Position numbers and translations under genes: made by a program
Shown here: positions 34,831 to 37,786 of the stretch, one piece after another
How the letters are laid out: every line of letters begins with the position of its first letter
Numbering within the stretch: the first letter of the stretch is position 1
Assembly: GCF_001194135.2 (NCBI RefSeq)
Contig: NC_068997.1
Location: 53,858,559-53,896,344 of the forward strand
DNA: 37,786 bases
Direction of reading: 5' to 3'
From: Octopus bimaculoides
Taxonomy: Eukaryota
Notes under the pieces: generated by a model
What the model saw: only the letters and a program-made list of their open reading frames with translations
What the model was told of the DNA's origin: nothing
Database searches by the model: none

Positions 34831-36171
34831 GGTGTCCTGCTTTTGTGATAGTCTTCTTATGTTTACACATTTAGTTGTCATTTATTATTAAAGTAGAATG
34901 CAAAATAGGAGAAATGATTGTGTGTATTCCGTCATGCAGCCCCTGCTGTGTCTTGCAATACTTATCCAGGTGTTTTCTTCCTTTTCTTGACTTAATGACA
35001 TTCGACTAGCATATGCTCAGTTCAAAACGTTTGTTATATCGAACTCGTCGATTCTGAAATATTCCTAGTGCTTGTAGTAGTATTCGTACCACCTTATGAG
35101 TCTTATTTATTATAAACTAGATTGAGCCAACAAGGGGTTTTGGTCGCTAGGCTGCACCAACGGAGTTGCAAAGATCTCATTCAAATATTTTGCTTCACAA
35201 TCAACTCGGTCAGCAGTAAGTCTTTTAAGATTAACAATAATAATAAAATGACAACAAGAAGAAGAAAAATAATAAAATCGGAAAGCAAAATCGCAATAAA
35301 AGTAAAAATTAGATGAAAAAAAAAGAAGCTGATTTGTCGATATTATATTTAGCTAGTATTTACGTGTTGTGCTTCAGTGATGTTTATGTTAAGTATAGCG
35401 TTCGTGACCCCTTATCAGAAGTAGTGAAAGATATTCAAGAAAACCAATTTTCTTTACTAAGAAGAAAATTAGTTTTTCCCAAACAAGAAATAAATAAAAC
35501 GTAAATAAACAAAATATATCGACAGTTTACTCTCCTCGGTAAATATCTTCAATATCTGGGACATAAATAAAAAGAAAATGAAGTAAATAACACAAGAGTA
35601 TAACAAACGGAACCAGTAACCTATTTATTTAGAAAAGAACAAGGTCTTTGTGAATGGTGATAGAAGCGAAGAATTTATGGCTAAATCGGAGACCTGGTTT
35701 CAATACTTGCAAGGAAATGGATTCAACAGAGGTCATCCAAAGACCATGTGCTGTTGGGGGTAGTGGTGGTAGTGGTGGAATTGATGCCGGTGGTGATGGT
35801 CGTCATATTAAACCGGCTGAGGAATGAGGTTTTTCCAGATTCGGTTCAATACTGACTGAGCTGAGAGATAATCAAAGCCAGCCCAACTGCAACAATTATA
35901 TCTTTTTTACCAAATACTCTGGGTTCAACACCCTCATTATCGCTTTACTCACATAAAACGGTTGGGGCATTAACTGAGAGAGATTTTGCTATTTCTAGCG
36001 AGTTAAACAACAACGTAGAAGTACAGTCGTTGGGTTTAAATATAATTATTATATTGAGAACAGCGCCAACTTTTGACTGGTGGATCAGACGACAAAACAG
36101 TTTGTCTTATTTAGTTGCATTCCTGTGGATATCGTGTTCAAATCCTGCCAGAGTTAACTTTATTTCTTATA

Positions 36172-36370
36172 CAGGGTGTTCAAAAAGTCTCTCCTCACGA
36201 AGTATTTAACGGTTTTCAGGTGATTCTTGTACACTGATACTATGCTTGCTCCTCAGAAAAAAAATGTCTGGTGGTGTTAAATCAGGTGATCTTAGTGGCC
36301 AAAATCCCTTCGAAATAATCCGGTCACCGAAAAACTCTTGAAGTAGCGCCATGGTGATGCGAAGGATGAC
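36172..36370 (-). mobile_element. Tc1/mariner (DDD-type) 3' fragment with one TIR
   Basis: Minus translation TMALLQEFFGDRIISKGFWPLRSPDLTPPDIFF (WPxRSPDLTPxD motif). TIR CAGGGTGTTCAAAAAGTCTC preceded by TA at 36170-36171; same CAGGGTG terminus as the 8227-8946 element. Confidence 0.8.
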
Positions 36371-36494
36371 AAACATTAACAGCAATATATATATATGAAT
36401 ATATATATATGTATGTATGTATGTATATATGCGTTGGCCTTATTACTAATGCAGGAATCGATATCATTCTAATAAACTGAGCTGCATCCTTTCA

Positions 36495-36645
36495 CAAAGT
36501 AGGAAGCTTTCTTCCTAACCACATGGTTCCGGGTTCAGTCCCATTGCGTAGAAAATTATGCAAATGTCTTCTACTATAGCTTCAAGCCGACAAAAGCCTT
36601 GTGAGTGAAATTGGTAGACGGAACCTGAAAGAAACTCGTCATATA
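36495..36645 (+). mobile_element. SINE family B 5' half running into (TA)n and a gap
   Basis: AAGCTTTCTTCCTAACCACATGGTTCCGGGTTCAGTCCCATTGCG...GCCTTGTGAGTGAAATTGGTAGACGGAACCTGAAAGAAAC. Confidence 0.87.
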
Positions 36646-37461
36646 TATCTATATATATATCTATATATATATATATCNNNNNNNNNNNNNNNNNNNNNNN
36701 NNNNNNNNNNNNNNNNNNNNNNNNNNNNNNNNNNNNNNNNNNNNNNNNNNNNNNNNNNNNNNNNNNNNNNNNNNNNNNNNNNNNNNNNNNNNNNNNNNNN
36801 NNNNNNNNNNNNNNNNNNNNNNNNNNNNNNNNNNNNNNNNNNNNNNNNNNNNNNNNNNNNNNNNNNNNNNNNNNNNNNNNNNNNNNNNNNNNNNNNNNNN
36901 NNNNNNNNNNNNNNNNNNNNNNNNNNNNNNNNNNNNNNNNNNNNNNNNNNNNTATATATATATATATATATATCATACGTTGAGAGTATTCCGGTCAGTG
37001 TAATGTCATACCAAATAATGTCACCCCCATTAAACGCTTCCAAGAATGGAGTTGGCAGAGCGTGCATCTCGTAATTTTGGGATGTTTCGTATGAAATTCT
37101 CTGTGATATTTTTAGCTTATCAGGCGTTATTCTCTTCTCTCATAAATGTCTCGTTGCAGACGCAACTGGGACAACATTTCCCATAAGGAAATACTTGGAG
37201 AATTCTTTAGAAAGAATCTTGACATAAATGATCAAGTTAAACCTATAAATAGATCAATGCCTATATTTCTTATCCAGAAATGTTTTCATCTTGAAAATTT
37301 CGATAAAACAAATTTTAAAAAAATAAAATAAATGTTAGGCCAAGTCAAAGAATATATGTATGTTGAAGATTTTAGATTCTATCATTTCGATGAACCCAGA
37401 CTTCAACTTCTTCCACAATCAAGTCTTTTAGTCTGGACTTATAGTTTTCCTCTTCCATCCA

Positions 37462-37492
<31 letters not shown>

Positions 37493-37494
<2 letters not shown>

Positions 37495-37786
37495 TCATTT
37501 ACTCTTTTATTTGTTTCAGTCATTTGACTGCGGCCATGCTGGAGCACCGCCTTTAGTCGAGCAAATCGAAACCGGGACTTATTCTTTGTAAGCCTAGTAC
37601 TTATTCTATCAGTCTCTTTTGCCGAACCGCTAAGTGACGGAGACATAAACACACCAGCATCGGTTGTCAAGCAATGCTAGGGGGACAAACACACACACAC
37701 ACAAACACACACACATATACATATATATATATATATATACATATATACGACGGGTTTCTTTCAGTTTCCGTCTACCAAATCCACTC
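37493..37786 (-). mobile_element. SINE family B, well preserved, cut by the window end, with internal (CA)/(TA) tract
   Basis: Minus: GAGTGGATTTGGTAGACGGAAACTGAAAGAAACCCGTCG-(TA/TG)n-GCTTGACAACCGATGCTGGTG...AAAGGCGGTGCTCCAGCATGGCCGCAGTCAAATGACTGAAAC. Confidence 0.92.

Noticed and set aside
35625-35765. Frame YLEKNKVFVNGDRSEEFMAKSETWFQYLQGNGF..., resembling LINE RT 'VxVNGxxSxxF'
   Set aside because: The expected GVPQG motif does not follow; neither an exon nor an RT call is supportable.

Overview
Eukaryotic, very AT-rich, repeat-saturated window from a draft short-read assembly. It has 15 N-gaps totalling about 4.9 kb, nearly all bounded by (TA)n/(CA)n/(TAA)n tracts. The tRNA-derived SINEs and microsatellite load look like an octopod cephalopod genome; this is an inference from remembered repeat sequences and was not verified. 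I recognise no intact host protein-coding gene, and almost all ORF-track entries are translations of microsatellites or Ns. Supported content: about 18 copies or fragments of three tRNA-derived SINE families (my labels A, B, C); decayed non-LTR retrotransposon pieces (R4/Dong-like RT and RLE endonuclease, an RTE 3' end, a CR1/L2-like 3' end); two Tc1/mariner DDD-type deletion derivatives; and many simple or compound microsatellites. The most notable unexplained structures are a near-perfect 287-bp fold-back palindrome (1073-1359), a mostly unique 24.4-27.1 kb island that looks like the 5' end of a minus-strand gene (splice sites, paired E-boxes, bZIP-site cluster, exon bracketed by inverted SINEs), and several degenerate Penelope-type minimal hammerhead-ribozyme scaffolds (best at 34785-34830). 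I found no convincing new multi-gene system; the findings are leads.
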